Shown: piece after piece, positions 43,651 through 54,630 of the stretch
How positions within the stretch are numbered: the first letter of the stretch is position 1
Layout of the letters: each line of letters opens with the position of its first letter
Assembly (NCBI GenBank): GCA_038131655.1
Contig: JAYPPT010000002.1
Span: 242,762-306,761 of the forward strand
Length of the DNA: 64,000 nt
From: Alphaproteobacteria bacterium
Lineage (GTDB): Bacteria; Pseudomonadota; Alphaproteobacteria; SMXQ01
Direction of reading: 5' to 3'
Made by a program: the position numbers and the translations under genes
The notes under the pieces: generated by a model
Told to the model about the DNA's origin: nothing
Seen by the model: only the letters and a program-made list of their open reading frames with translations
The model's database searches: none

Positions 43651-43657
43651 GGGGGCG

Positions 43658-45169
43658 TCAACTCGTATCGCGGGCGGCGAACTTGACGGCTTCTTCCGCA
43701 GCGCGGATCAGGGCGCGGGCCTTGTTGCAGCTTTCCTGGTATTCCGCCTCGGCGTCCGAATCGGCAACGACGCCGCCGCCGGCCTGGACATACATGGTGC
43801 CGTTCTTGATGACAGCAGTGCGCAGCGCGATGCAGGTATCCATCGCGCCATTGGCGGCGAAATAGCCGACCGCGCCCGCATAGATGCCGCGCCGGGCGAT
43901 TTCCAGCTCGTCAATGATCTCCATCGCGCGCACCTTGGGCGCGCCCGACACGGTGCCTGCCGGGAATCCCGCGACCAGCGCCGAGATCGCATCCTCGCCG
44001 TCCTTGATCCGGCCTTCGACGTTGGAAACGATGTGCATGACATGGGAGTAGCGTTCGATCACGAACTGTTCCGTCACCTTCACCGTGCCGGGTTTGGCGA
44101 CGCGGCCGACATCGTTGCGCCCGAGGTCGAGCAGCATCAGGTGTTCCGCCAGCTCCTTGGGATCGGCCAGCAGGTCGTCTTCCATCTGCTTGTCCTCGGT
44201 GCCCGTCTGGCCGCGCGGTCGGGTGCCCGCGATGGGGCGGATGGTGACGGTGCCGTCGCGCAGGCGCACCAGGATTTCCGGACTGGAGCCGACAACGGAG
44301 AAATCGCCGAAATCGAGGTGAAACAGGAACGGCGACGGGTTGAGGCGCCGCAACGCCCGGTAAAGCGCGATGGAGGGCAAGGTAAAGGGCACGGAAAAGC
44401 GCTGGGACGGCACCACCTGGAAGATGTCACCCGCCAGGATGTAGTCCTTCGCCTTGGCCACCATCTCGTGATAGCGCTCACGGGTGGTGTTCGAGACCGG
44501 CACCGGGGCGGGCGGCGCTTCGGCAGACGTGGTCAGCGAATGATCGAGCGGCATCGCCAGCGCGGCAACCGCATCGGCCAGCCGTTCATGGGCCGCTTTC
44601 AGCGCATCGGCGGCGTTGACGCTTTCCGACGGCCACACCGGCGTCACCAGGGTCACGACGTCTTCAATATTGTCGAAAACCGCGACGAGGGTGGGGCGGA
44701 TGAACATGCCATCGGGCACGCCCAGGGTGTCGGGGTTGTTGTCGGGCAGTCGCTCCATCAGCCGCACGGTGTCGTAACCCATGTAGCCGAAAAGTCCCGA
44801 AGCCATCGGCGCCAGCCCTTCGGGCACCTCAAGGCGGGATTCGCTGATAAGGGCGCGCAGGCTGTCGAGCGTCGGTTCGGCGCAGGGCGTAAAGGCATCG
44901 GCGCGGTTGCGGGCATCGCGGTTGATTTCGGCGCGATTGCCGAAGCAGCGCCAGATCAGGTCCGGCTTCATGCCGATGAACGAATAACGCCCGCGCGTGG
45001 CGCCGCCCTCGACGGATTCGAACAGGAAGCTCATGGCTTCGCCGCGGGCCAGTTTCAGCATCGCCGAGACCGGCGTTTCCAGGTCCGCTACCAGCCGCGT
45101 ATAGACCAACTGGGCCCGTCCCGCGTCGTGCGCGGCCCCGAACGCGGAAGACTGCGGAAAAATTTCCAT
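43658..45169 (-). CDS. trpE: Anthranilate synthase component I
   Basis: DLETPVS, LFESV.GG..RGRYS, NPSPF, SSPE, PIAGT, EHLMLLDLGRND, GTVSGAPK. Confidence 0.97.
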   Translation of the reverse strand: MEIFPQSSAFGAAHDAGRAQLVYTRLVADLETPVSAMLKLARGEAMSFLFESVEGGATRGRYSFIGMKPDLIWRCFGNRAEINRDARNRADAFTPCAEPTLDSLRALISESRLEVPEGLAPMASGLFGYMGYDTVRLMERLPDNNPDTLGVPDGMFIRPTLVAVFDNIEDVVTLVTPVWPSESVNAADALKAAHERLADAVAALAMPLDHSLTTSAEAPPAPVPVSNTTRERYHEMVAKAKDYILAGDIFQVVPSQRFSVPFTLPSIALYRALRRLNPSPFLFHLDFGDFSVVGSSPEILVRLRDGTVTIRPIAGTRPRGQTGTEDKQMEDDLLADPKELAEHLMLLDLGRNDVGRVAKPGTVKVTEQFVIERYSHVMHIVSNVEGRIKDGEDAISALVAGFPAGTVSGAPKVRAMEIIDELEIARRGIYAGAVGYFAANGAMDTCIALRTAVIKNGTMYVQAGGGVVADSDAEAEYQESCNKARALIRAAEEAVKFAARDTS

Positions 45170-45175
45170 TTTCGG

Positions 45176-47056
45176 CTACTGACGGTTTTGCTGCAGAAGG
45201 TTGGTGCGAACCTCTGCCGGGTATTGCGCGCGCATGGCCCCGATGAACTGCTGGAACAGGTCGCCGCCCAGGGCCTGGCGAATTTCCTCGCCCAGCGCGT
45301 CGGTGGTTTCCTTGCGTTCCTTCGCGTCGGGGGCACGAATCTCGGTCAGGACAGCGACGGTGAAGCCGCCGGTGCTTTCAGACACGGCGGCCTCGCCGGT
45401 CTTGAGGGTGTACAGCTTCTGCATCAGGGCTGCGGGCAGACCGCTTTCCGCGGCATGGGTCAGGCGGGTGAAGGGCTTCGAGGTCTTGACCTTGAGCTTT
45501 TCGCCCCGGGCCACGGCCTCGATCTTCTTGCCCGCACGGATGCTGTCGGCCAGCTTTTTTGTATGGACTTCCGTTGCCTTGTCCCTGGCATTTTTCTTCC
45601 ATGCGCTTATCACCTTGGCGCGGATATCCTTCAGCGGGCGCACGGCGGGCGCCGTGACCTTGTTGACGTGGACGACCATGAAGCCGCCGCCTTCGGATTC
45701 GGTCAGGGCGCTGTCCTGGCCATCTGCGGTTTCAAATGCGATGCGCAGGAACACCGCGCTCTTGGGCAGGCCGCTCACGGCTTTACCGGCAAGGTCGCGG
45801 CCGCGACGGTCAATCGCTTCGGCGCGACCGGCGCGCAGGTTGATCTGGCGGGCTGCCTCTTCCAGGGTGCCGCCCGCGGCAAGCGCGTCTTCAAGCTTGT
45901 TGGCAAGGGCGAACACGGCCTCCCCTGCGTCGTGGCGGGCGATGTCCTTCTTCAATTGCTCACGCACTTCGGCCAGCGGCTTGGTGCGGCCGGTCTGCAC
46001 ATCCTTGACCCGGACGATATGCCAGCCGAGCGCGGTCTTGACCGGGGCGGAATAGGCGCCTTTCTTCAGGGCAAAGACAGGGCCGGCCAGTTCCGGCAGC
46101 ATGTCGCGCCGATCCACCCAGCCCAGCGCCACGGGCTTCTTGGCCTTGCCGTCCTCTTTCGCCGCTTCGGCCAGGGACTTGCCCGCCTTGATGGCCACGG
46201 CGGCGGCTTCGGCCGCGGCCTGGGAGGCAAAGACCACCTGTTCCAGCTCACGCCGGTCGCGGGTGGTGAATTCGTCATGACGGTCCTGGTAGGCCTGCTT
46301 GATCTTTTCGTCGCTGACGCGAATTTCGGCAGCAAGGACGGCCGGGTCGAGATGAATCCAGCTTACGTTACGAAGTTCGGGCGACATGAAACGCTGTGAA
46401 TTGGCCTTGTAATAGGTCTCTACTTCCGCGTCCGAGGGCTCGGCGACCTTGTTCGCCGGGACAAACGGAACCAGAAAGGACTTGGCGGCGCGGCGTTCGG
46501 ACCGGAAGCCGACCAGCGGTTCGATCATCGCGCCCGGCACCGGAACGGCGCTGGAAATGGCGCGGTTGATTTCCGACGCGGCAAGGTCGCGCTTGAGATT
46601 GGCGACATAGTACGCCTCGTTCATGCCGCTGCGCGACAGCACCTGCATGAAGATGGCGCGGTCGAACTTGCCGCGATTGTTGAAAAAGGTTTCATCCGAG
46701 GTAATGCGCTGGGCGACCAGCGCATCGGGAATGATGACGCCGAGATCGCGCGCGCCCAGCGCGACGGCGGTGCGGTTGACGATGTTTTCGACGACCTGCC
46801 CGGTGATGCCCATACGGTCGGCTTCGGCACGGTCGAGGCGGCCGCCGAACAGCGGTTGCAGGCGGTTCATTTCCTCGCGGATTTCATCGTTGACCTGGGA
46901 ACGGGGCAGCTTGACGTCGCCGATGGTGATGACGGCGGGATCGCGTTCGCCGAGGAAGATGTCGTTAATCCCCCAGACCGCGAAGCTGATGACCAGCATG
47001 CCGAGCAGGATCTTGATGACCCAGGACGAGGTCTGGTTTCGAAGCTCTTGTAACAT
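45176..47056 (-). CDS. ppiD: PpiD-like periplasmic chaperone (SurA N-terminal and parvulin-like domains)
   Basis: MLQELR...ILLGMLVISFAVWG TM anchor, LGW, S.PVKT..GWHI; divergent from tpiA, upstream of trpE. Confidence 0.85.
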   Translation of the reverse strand: MLQELRNQTSSWVIKILLGMLVISFAVWGINDIFLGERDPAVITIGDVKLPRSQVNDEIREEMNRLQPLFGGRLDRAEADRMGITGQVVENIVNRTAVALGARDLGVIIPDALVAQRITSDETFFNNRGKFDRAIFMQVLSRSGMNEAYYVANLKRDLAASEINRAISSAVPVPGAMIEPLVGFRSERRAAKSFLVPFVPANKVAEPSDAEVETYYKANSQRFMSPELRNVSWIHLDPAVLAAEIRVSDEKIKQAYQDRHDEFTTRDRRELEQVVFASQAAAEAAAVAIKAGKSLAEAAKEDGKAKKPVALGWVDRRDMLPELAGPVFALKKGAYSAPVKTALGWHIVRVKDVQTGRTKPLAEVREQLKKDIARHDAGEAVFALANKLEDALAAGGTLEEAARQINLRAGRAEAIDRRGRDLAGKAVSGLPKSAVFLRIAFETADGQDSALTESEGGGFMVVHVNKVTAPAVRPLKDIRAKVISAWKKNARDKATEVHTKKLADSIRAGKKIEAVARGEKLKVKTSKPFTRLTHAAESGLPAALMQKLYTLKTGEAAVSESTGGFTVAVLTEIRAPDAKERKETTDALGEEIRQALGGDLFQQFIGAMRAQYPAEVRTNLLQQNRQ

Positions 47057-47276
47057 CTGTGAACAAGGCCTGTTAAGTCGTTGATAGGAAAGGTCGCGCG
47101 GAAGTCCGGGGCGCGCGGGCCGACGGGCGGCATCATAAGTGCGGGGCCGCGGGGCCGCAACAGCGAAGGCAAGGCGCCGTCCGGCCTCGGTGCCGGGGTT
47201 TTGAGGCACTTTGATTGCCTGGGGGCGCGTGTTACACAGCGCGGTGTTCAAGACCGTATAGGACAGGGGGAAAGAC

Positions 47277-48029
47277 GTGGCGGGTCCAAAACCGTTGATC
47301 GCAGGCAACTGGAAAATGAACCGTGGCGGTGCCGACGGCGTAGCCTTGGCCAAGGCCGTGCTGGCGGGGGCGACGGGGCAGGATTTTTCATGCGATTTGC
47401 TGCTGTGCCCGCCGGCGGTGGTGCTGGCGGCGGTTTCGCATATTGTTGACGGCAGCGACATCGCCACGGGCGGGCAGGATTGTCACGTCGCGGCAAGCGG
47501 CGCGCATACCGGCGATATCGCCGCGGCGATGCTGGCGGGTGCTGGTGCGACCTATGTCATCGTCGGTCATTCCGAACGCCGGACCGATCACGGTGAGGAC
47601 GATGCCCTTATCGCGGCCAAGGCGGCGGCGGTGCAGAAAGTCGGCATGACCGCCATCATCTGTATCGGCGAAACCGAGGCGGAGCGCGATGCGGGCCGGA
47701 CCCTCGATATCCTGACCCGCCAGATTGCCGGATCGGTGCCCGAAGGGGCCGTGGCCGATAACACGGTCATCGCTTACGAGCCGGTCTGGGCCATCGGCAC
47801 CGGGCGGACCCCCACCAACGCCGAGGTCGCCGAAGCCCATGCCCATATCCGCGCCCAGCTTGCGGGCAAGGTGGATAACCCGGCTGGGGTGCGCTTGCTC
47901 TACGGCGGCTCGGTCAAGCCCGAGAATGCCCGGGAACTGATGGCGCTCGATAATGTAGATGGGGGCCTGATCGGCGGTGCCAGCCTGGAGGCGGCCTCGT
48001 TCCTTGCCATCGCCCGGGCCTGCGGCTGA
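47277..48029 (+). CDS. tpiA: Triosephosphate isomerase
   Basis: AGNWKMN, GHSERR, AYEPVWAIGTG, YGGSV, LIGGASL. Confidence 0.98.
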   Translation: MAGPKPLIAGNWKMNRGGADGVALAKAVLAGATGQDFSCDLLLCPPAVVLAAVSHIVDGSDIATGGQDCHVAASGAHTGDIAAAMLAGAGATYVIVGHSERRTDHGEDDALIAAKAAAVQKVGMTAIICIGETEAERDAGRTLDILTRQIAGSVPEGAVADNTVIAYEPVWAIGTGRTPTNAEVAEAHAHIRAQLAGKVDNPAGVRLLYGGSVKPENARELMALDNVDGGLIGGASLEAASFLAIARACG

Positions 48030-48117
48030 GCCGCTGCGGCAGCGGGGGCAATTGGGCCTTTAAATCGGCCGGCGATGGCACTATGTTCTTGCCCGAAACC
48101 AAGCGGAAGCGGTTCTG

Positions 48118-48429
48118 ATGACCATTATTCTCCTCGTCATTCATCTCTTTTTGGCCCTGGGCCTCGTTATCGTGATCCTGTTGCAGCGGTCCGAGGGCGG
48201 AGCGCTGGGCATCGGCGGCGGCTCCGGCGGCCCCGGCGGGATGATGAGCGCGCGCGGGCAGGGCAGCCTGCTCACCCGGATCACGGCGGTGCTGGCGACG
48301 GGGTTCATCATAACCTCCCTGACCCTTGCGATTATCGCCAGCCAGAACCGCAAGCCGACATCGGTGCTCGACAACGTGCCGGCGACGCCGGCCAAGCCGA
48401 GCGAGCCCGCGGCGCCGCTCGGGCGGTAG
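48118..48429 (+). CDS. secG: Preprotein translocase subunit SecG
   Basis: ILLQRSEGG, LTRITAVLA; tpiA-secG-pyrG synteny. Confidence 0.93.
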   Translation: MTIILLVIHLFLALGLVIVILLQRSEGGALGIGGGSGGPGGMMSARGQGSLLTRITAVLATGFIITSLTLAIIASQNRKPTSVLDNVPATPAKPSEPAAPLGR

Positions 48430-48467
48430 GCGGGGTTTTATTCAAGGGTTTGCCACGGCGAACCCGC

Positions 48468-48500
48468 AAAAGAGGGCGGCGCCAATCGGTCGCCCTTTTT
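48468..48500 (+). terminator. Putative intrinsic terminator after secG
   Basis: AGAGGGCGGC-loop-GTCGCCCTTTTT hairpin with T tail. Confidence 0.6.
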
Positions 48501-48585
48501 CCTATCTCGGCGGCGGACATTTTTTCGTCGTCTTGGATCAATTTTGAATCGGAGCGGGCTGCACCATGCTGTAGTCTGTGAAGCC

Positions 48586-50212
48586 ATGACGCGGTTCATT
48601 TTTATCACTGGTGGCGTCGTGTCATCGCTCGGCAAGGGTCTCGCTTCGGCGGCACTGGGGGCTCTGCTCCAGGCCCGCGGCTTTAAGGTCCGTCTGCGCA
48701 AGCTCGATCCCTATCTCAACGTCAATCCCGGCACCATGTCGCCCACGCAACATGGCGAGGTGTTCGTTACCGACGACGGCGCCGAAACCGATCTCGACCT
48801 CGGCCATTACGAACGCTTCACCGGCGTTCACGCGCGCCAGTCCGACAACGTCACCACCGGGCGCATCTATTCCACCGTGATTTCGCGCGAACGCCACGGC
48901 GATTACCTGGGGGCGACCGTGCAGGTCATTCCCCACGTAACCGACGCGATCAAGGAATTCATCGCGACGGATCCCGGCGATACGGATTTCCTGCTGTGCG
49001 AGATCGGCGGCACTGTCGGCGACATTGAAGGCCTCCCCTTCCTTGAAGCCATCCGCCAGTTCGGCAACGAGGTCGGCCCCGAGCGCGCCATGTACGTGCA
49101 CCTGACCCTGCTGCCCTATATCCCGACGGCGGGGGAGCTGAAGACCAAGCCCACCCAGCATTCGGTCAAGGAACTGCTGTCGGTGGGGATCCAGCCCGAT
49201 GTCCTGCTGTGCCGGGCGGATCGCGCAATCCCGCCCGAGGAACGGCGCAAGATCGCCCAGTTCTGCAACGTGCGGCCCAATGCCGTGGTCCAGGCGCTGG
49301 ACGTGGACAGCATCTACCAGGTGCCCATCGCCTATCACGAGGAAGGCTTCGACGACGTGGTGTTGCAGCACTTCGGCCTCGATACCGCCAAGGCGCCCGA
49401 CCTGGGGCGCTGGACCGGCATCATGGAACGCGTGCGCAAGCCCGAGGGCGAGGTCCGCATCGCGGTGGTGGGCAAGTACACGGCCTTGCTCGATTCCTAC
49501 AAGTCCCTGTCCGAAGCCCTGACCCATGGCGGCATCGCCAATAACGTCAAGGTCAACCTGGACTGGATTTCATCGGAAATCTTCGAAGAAGACGGCACGC
49601 TGGAAAAATTGCAGGACGTCCACGGCATCCTGGTGCCCGGCGGCTTCGGCGAGCGTGGGACCGAAGGCAAGGTGCTGGCGGCGCAGTTCGCCCGCGAAAG
49701 CGCGTGCCCTATTTCGGCATCTGCTTCGGCATGCAGATGGCGGTGATCGAGGTGGCGCGTCATCTCGCGGGCATCACCGGCGCGGGCTCGACCGAGTTCG
49801 GGGCCGCCATGGACCCGGTGGTCGGGCTGATGACCGAATGGGTGCGCGGCAACGAGCGCGAGCTGCGCTCGGCCGAAGACAACCTGGGCGGCACCATGCG
49901 GCTCGGCGCCTACGAAAGTCATCTGGCCAAGGGATCACGGGTGCGCGAAATCTACGGCAGCGACGTGATTTTCGAGCGCCACCGCCACCGCTATGAGGTC
50001 AACATCAACTACAGTGACCAGCTTGAGGCGGCGGGCCTGATGGTGGCCGGCCTGTCGCCGGACCAGCGGTTGCCGGAAATCGTCGAGCTGGCAGATCATC
50101 CGTGGTTTATCGGCGTGCAGTTCCATCCCGAGCTGAAATCAAAGCCTTTTGATCCCCATCCGCTGTTCGCGTCCTTCGTCGAGGCGGCGGTGACCCAGTC
50201 GCGACTGGTCTG

Positions 50213-50213
<1 letters not shown>
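48586..50213 (+). CDS. pyrG: CTP synthase (frameshift near 49698, probably a sequence error)
   Basis: [28 protein letters not shown]; then [20 protein letters not shown]; one extra A restores AREKRVPYFG. Confidence 0.95.
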
Positions 50214-52364
<2,151 letters not shown>

Positions 52365-52381
52365 GGGCGCGCGCAACAAAA

Positions 52382-52518
52382 GAATCGGGACATGAAATAA
52401 AAGAATCAATTAGGCCAATCAGCTTTATCCCAACCCTGATTCCTGATCATAGATTTCGCTTCTAGATTCGAGATTCTTTTCACTTTTTTCTTGACCCGGT
52501 GGAATCCGCTGTGATTCG
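52382..52518. promoter_or_regulatory. ftsB promoter region with seven GANTC (CcrM) sites
   Basis: GANTC at 52382, 52403, 52438, 52465, 52472, 52502, 52513; TTGACC -35 candidate at 52491. Confidence 0.7.
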
Positions 52519-52527
52519 CTGCGGGCC

Positions 52528-52917
52528 ATGACGTTGCTTGGTGAAATTCGCGTTCGCGCCCGCCTGATCTTCGGCCCCGTGCTGGCGGCGACGGTGTTTG
52601 CCTATTTCGCCTATCATGCCGTTCAGGGCGACCGCGGCCTGATCGCTTGGATCAAGCTCAACCAGCAGGTCCAGGAAGCCCGCATCGAGCGCGACCGCAT
52701 CGCTTCGCGCCGGGGCGCGCTGGCGGCGCGGGTCCACTACCTGCAACCGGCGACCCTGGACCGGGATCTGCTCGAGGAACGCACCCGCGCGGTCCTCGGC
52801 TACGTTCACAACGACGACATGGTGATCGGCAAGGGCCGGCGCATCGCGTTCGACCCGATCAGCGCGCCGCCGCCACCGAAATCGGGATTGGCCGTCCATA
52901 TCTCGCTCCGCCAGTAA
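52528..52917 (+). CDS. ftsB: Cell division protein FtsB / septum formation initiator
   Basis: TM, YF.YH...G.RG, coiled coil, LD.DLLEE..R..LG; follows eno. Confidence 0.88.
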   Translation: MTLLGEIRVRARLIFGPVLAATVFAYFAYHAVQGDRGLIAWIKLNQQVQEARIERDRIASRRGALAARVHYLQPATLDRDLLEERTRAVLGYVHNDDMVIGKGRRIAFDPISAPPPPKSGLAVHISLRQ

Positions 52918-52948
52918 AAAAAAGCCCCCGGACATCGCCGGGGGCTTC
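52916..52948. terminator. Intrinsic terminator between ftsB and the tctC-like gene
   Basis: A7-GCCCCCGG-acatcg-CCGGGGGC-TT; strong T tail on the minus strand. Confidence 0.8.
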
Positions 52949-52969
52949 ATCAGTTCATCGATCCGGCCG

Positions 52970-54280
52970 CTACTTGCAGTCGATTTTCTTGGCTTCTGAA
53001 CCGGGGCCGGGATAGGTGAAGGTGCACATCATGCCGACCTTCACCGCCTTGCGCTTGGCTTTCTTGCCGCCCACCGTGATCTTGGTGCGCGAACCGGATA
53101 CCTTGGCCTTCACTTCCTTGCCCTTGTATTCGATGAAGATCTGGCGACCGCCTTTCTTGGTCTTGGTGACCTTGCCGGTATGCTTTGCCAGCTCGATCTT
53201 CACCTTCTTGACCGGGCCCTTGTACTTGATCAGGTCCTTGATCTTTTCCACCGTCGCCTTGGGCGCGGCGGCCAGCTCGGCGATCATCTGCTGGACCTCC
53301 TCGCCGCTGATGGGTGAGATCTCGCGCTTCTGTTTCTTGGCGTCGGCCAGGAATTTGGGATCATTCATGGTCGCCATGAATGCCGCGCGCAGGACCTTCA
53401 CCTTGTCGGCGGGGACCTTGGGGCCGACGACATAGGGCCGCCCCATGGCCTTCGAGGTCAGCATCAGGCGCCACCAGGTCTTGGCGTCCTCCACGGAGTA
53501 CTGCGGCAGGACGTGCTTGCGATCGACGAAATCCATGATCATGGGGACGCCCATCCTGGTCAGTTCGGGCAGCGGCTTGAGCGAGAGTTGCACCAGCGGC
53601 GTCACGTTCTTCATGAACCGGGGGCCCGCCAGCAGCTTGAACGAGGACCAGGACTGGCTATAGCCCTCGATCTCGCCGCGCTTGAGGGCAAGATGCCCCT
53701 GGGCGGAGCCGGGGTAACCGCCGATGATCTCGTACTTGGCGCCCATGATGTTGTTGAGCATCGCGGGATAGATTTCCGTGTCCGTCGGACCGGTGGAGCC
53801 GAGGATCGCCTTCACCTTGAAGCCGTCTTCCAGGGTCTTCACCTTGGCGCTTTTCACCACCGCCAGCACGCCGGCTTCGTTGGTGGCGCTGCCGAGCCAC
53901 TGGAACTTGGTAGAAACAAAGGTCGGCCCCTTGTGGCCCATGATCTGGTCGAGGGGGATGGTGCGCTGAACCGCGCCGATGATGCTGCCGTCCTGCGGCG
54001 CGATCCCGTAGATATAGTTGGCGGAGACGATGCCGCCGGCGCCGATCTTGTTCTGGACGATCATCGGCGGCTTGCCGGGGATGTGGCGGGGCAGATGGCG
54101 GGCGAGGGTGCGTGCGTAGGTATCGTAGCCGCCGCCCGAGGACGAGCCGACGATGATCTTCATCTGGGTCTTGGCGTAGAAGTCGGAAATCGCGTCGGAG
54201 TGTGCCGGGCCGGCGCCCGCGACAACCAGGCCGAGCGTCCCGAGGGCACCAATAAAGCTGATATTTTTCAAGCGGTTCAT
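52970..54280 (-). CDS. Orphan TctC/Bug family tripartite tricarboxylate transporter substrate-binding protein with an extra C-terminal basic domain
   Basis: Signal peptide, IIVG.S.GGGYDTYAR, VQN..GAGG, PQDG, GYPG, RGEIEG, DPKFLADAKK; no tctA/tctB adjacent. Confidence 0.87.
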   Translation of the reverse strand: MNRLKNISFIGALGTLGLVVAGAGPAHSDAISDFYAKTQMKIIVGSSSGGGYDTYARTLARHLPRHIPGKPPMIVQNKIGAGGIVSANYIYGIAPQDGSIIGAVQRTIPLDQIMGHKGPTFVSTKFQWLGSATNEAGVLAVVKSAKVKTLEDGFKVKAILGSTGPTDTEIYPAMLNNIMGAKYEIIGGYPGSAQGHLALKRGEIEGYSQSWSSFKLLAGPRFMKNVTPLVQLSLKPLPELTRMGVPMIMDFVDRKHVLPQYSVEDAKTWWRLMLTSKAMGRPYVVGPKVPADKVKVLRAAFMATMNDPKFLADAKKQKREISPISGEEVQQMIAELAAAPKATVEKIKDLIKYKGPVKKVKIELAKHTGKVTKTKKGGRQIFIEYKGKEVKAKVSGSRTKITVGGKKAKRKAVKVGMMCTFTYPGPGSEAKKIDCK

Positions 54281-54630
54281 CGTACTCTCCCTGTCATGGA
54301 TTATTCATTGCTTATGCGATGAGTGCGGTGATGGAAAAAGGATAGCACCCAAGGTGACGGGATCAACCTTCATGACCTTTCAGCAGGTTTTTGCGATGTT
54401 CGAACCTTGCGTCCGATGCGCGATTTCGCGATAGATTATTTCTTAATCGGGCGGGTAAAAAGATCGAATTTGATATTATTAACTTAAATCACGTTAATAC
54501 AATTTATCACATTGAATTCTAATATTTTTTTTCGGCTTTTCGGTGGCCTTGAATCAAGTGTAGGGTGTCTCGCTCGCGGCGCCATGACGCCGCGCTGTCG
54601 TTCGTCAGGAACCGCCAGGGGAACCCGAAC

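Noticed and set aside
43433-46399. 988-aa plus-strand ORF
   Set aside because: Antisense shadow of trpE and ppiD; GC-rich codon bias removes stops; no recognisable motifs.
47870-47878. DnaA-box-like GGTGGATAA inside tpiA (similar one near 909)
   Set aside because: Single 8/9 matches within coding sequence; expected by chance.
54479-54497. Possible CtrA box (several TTAA)
   Set aside because: Spacings do not give TTAA-N7-TTAA (closest is N6) and the region is AT-rich anyway.
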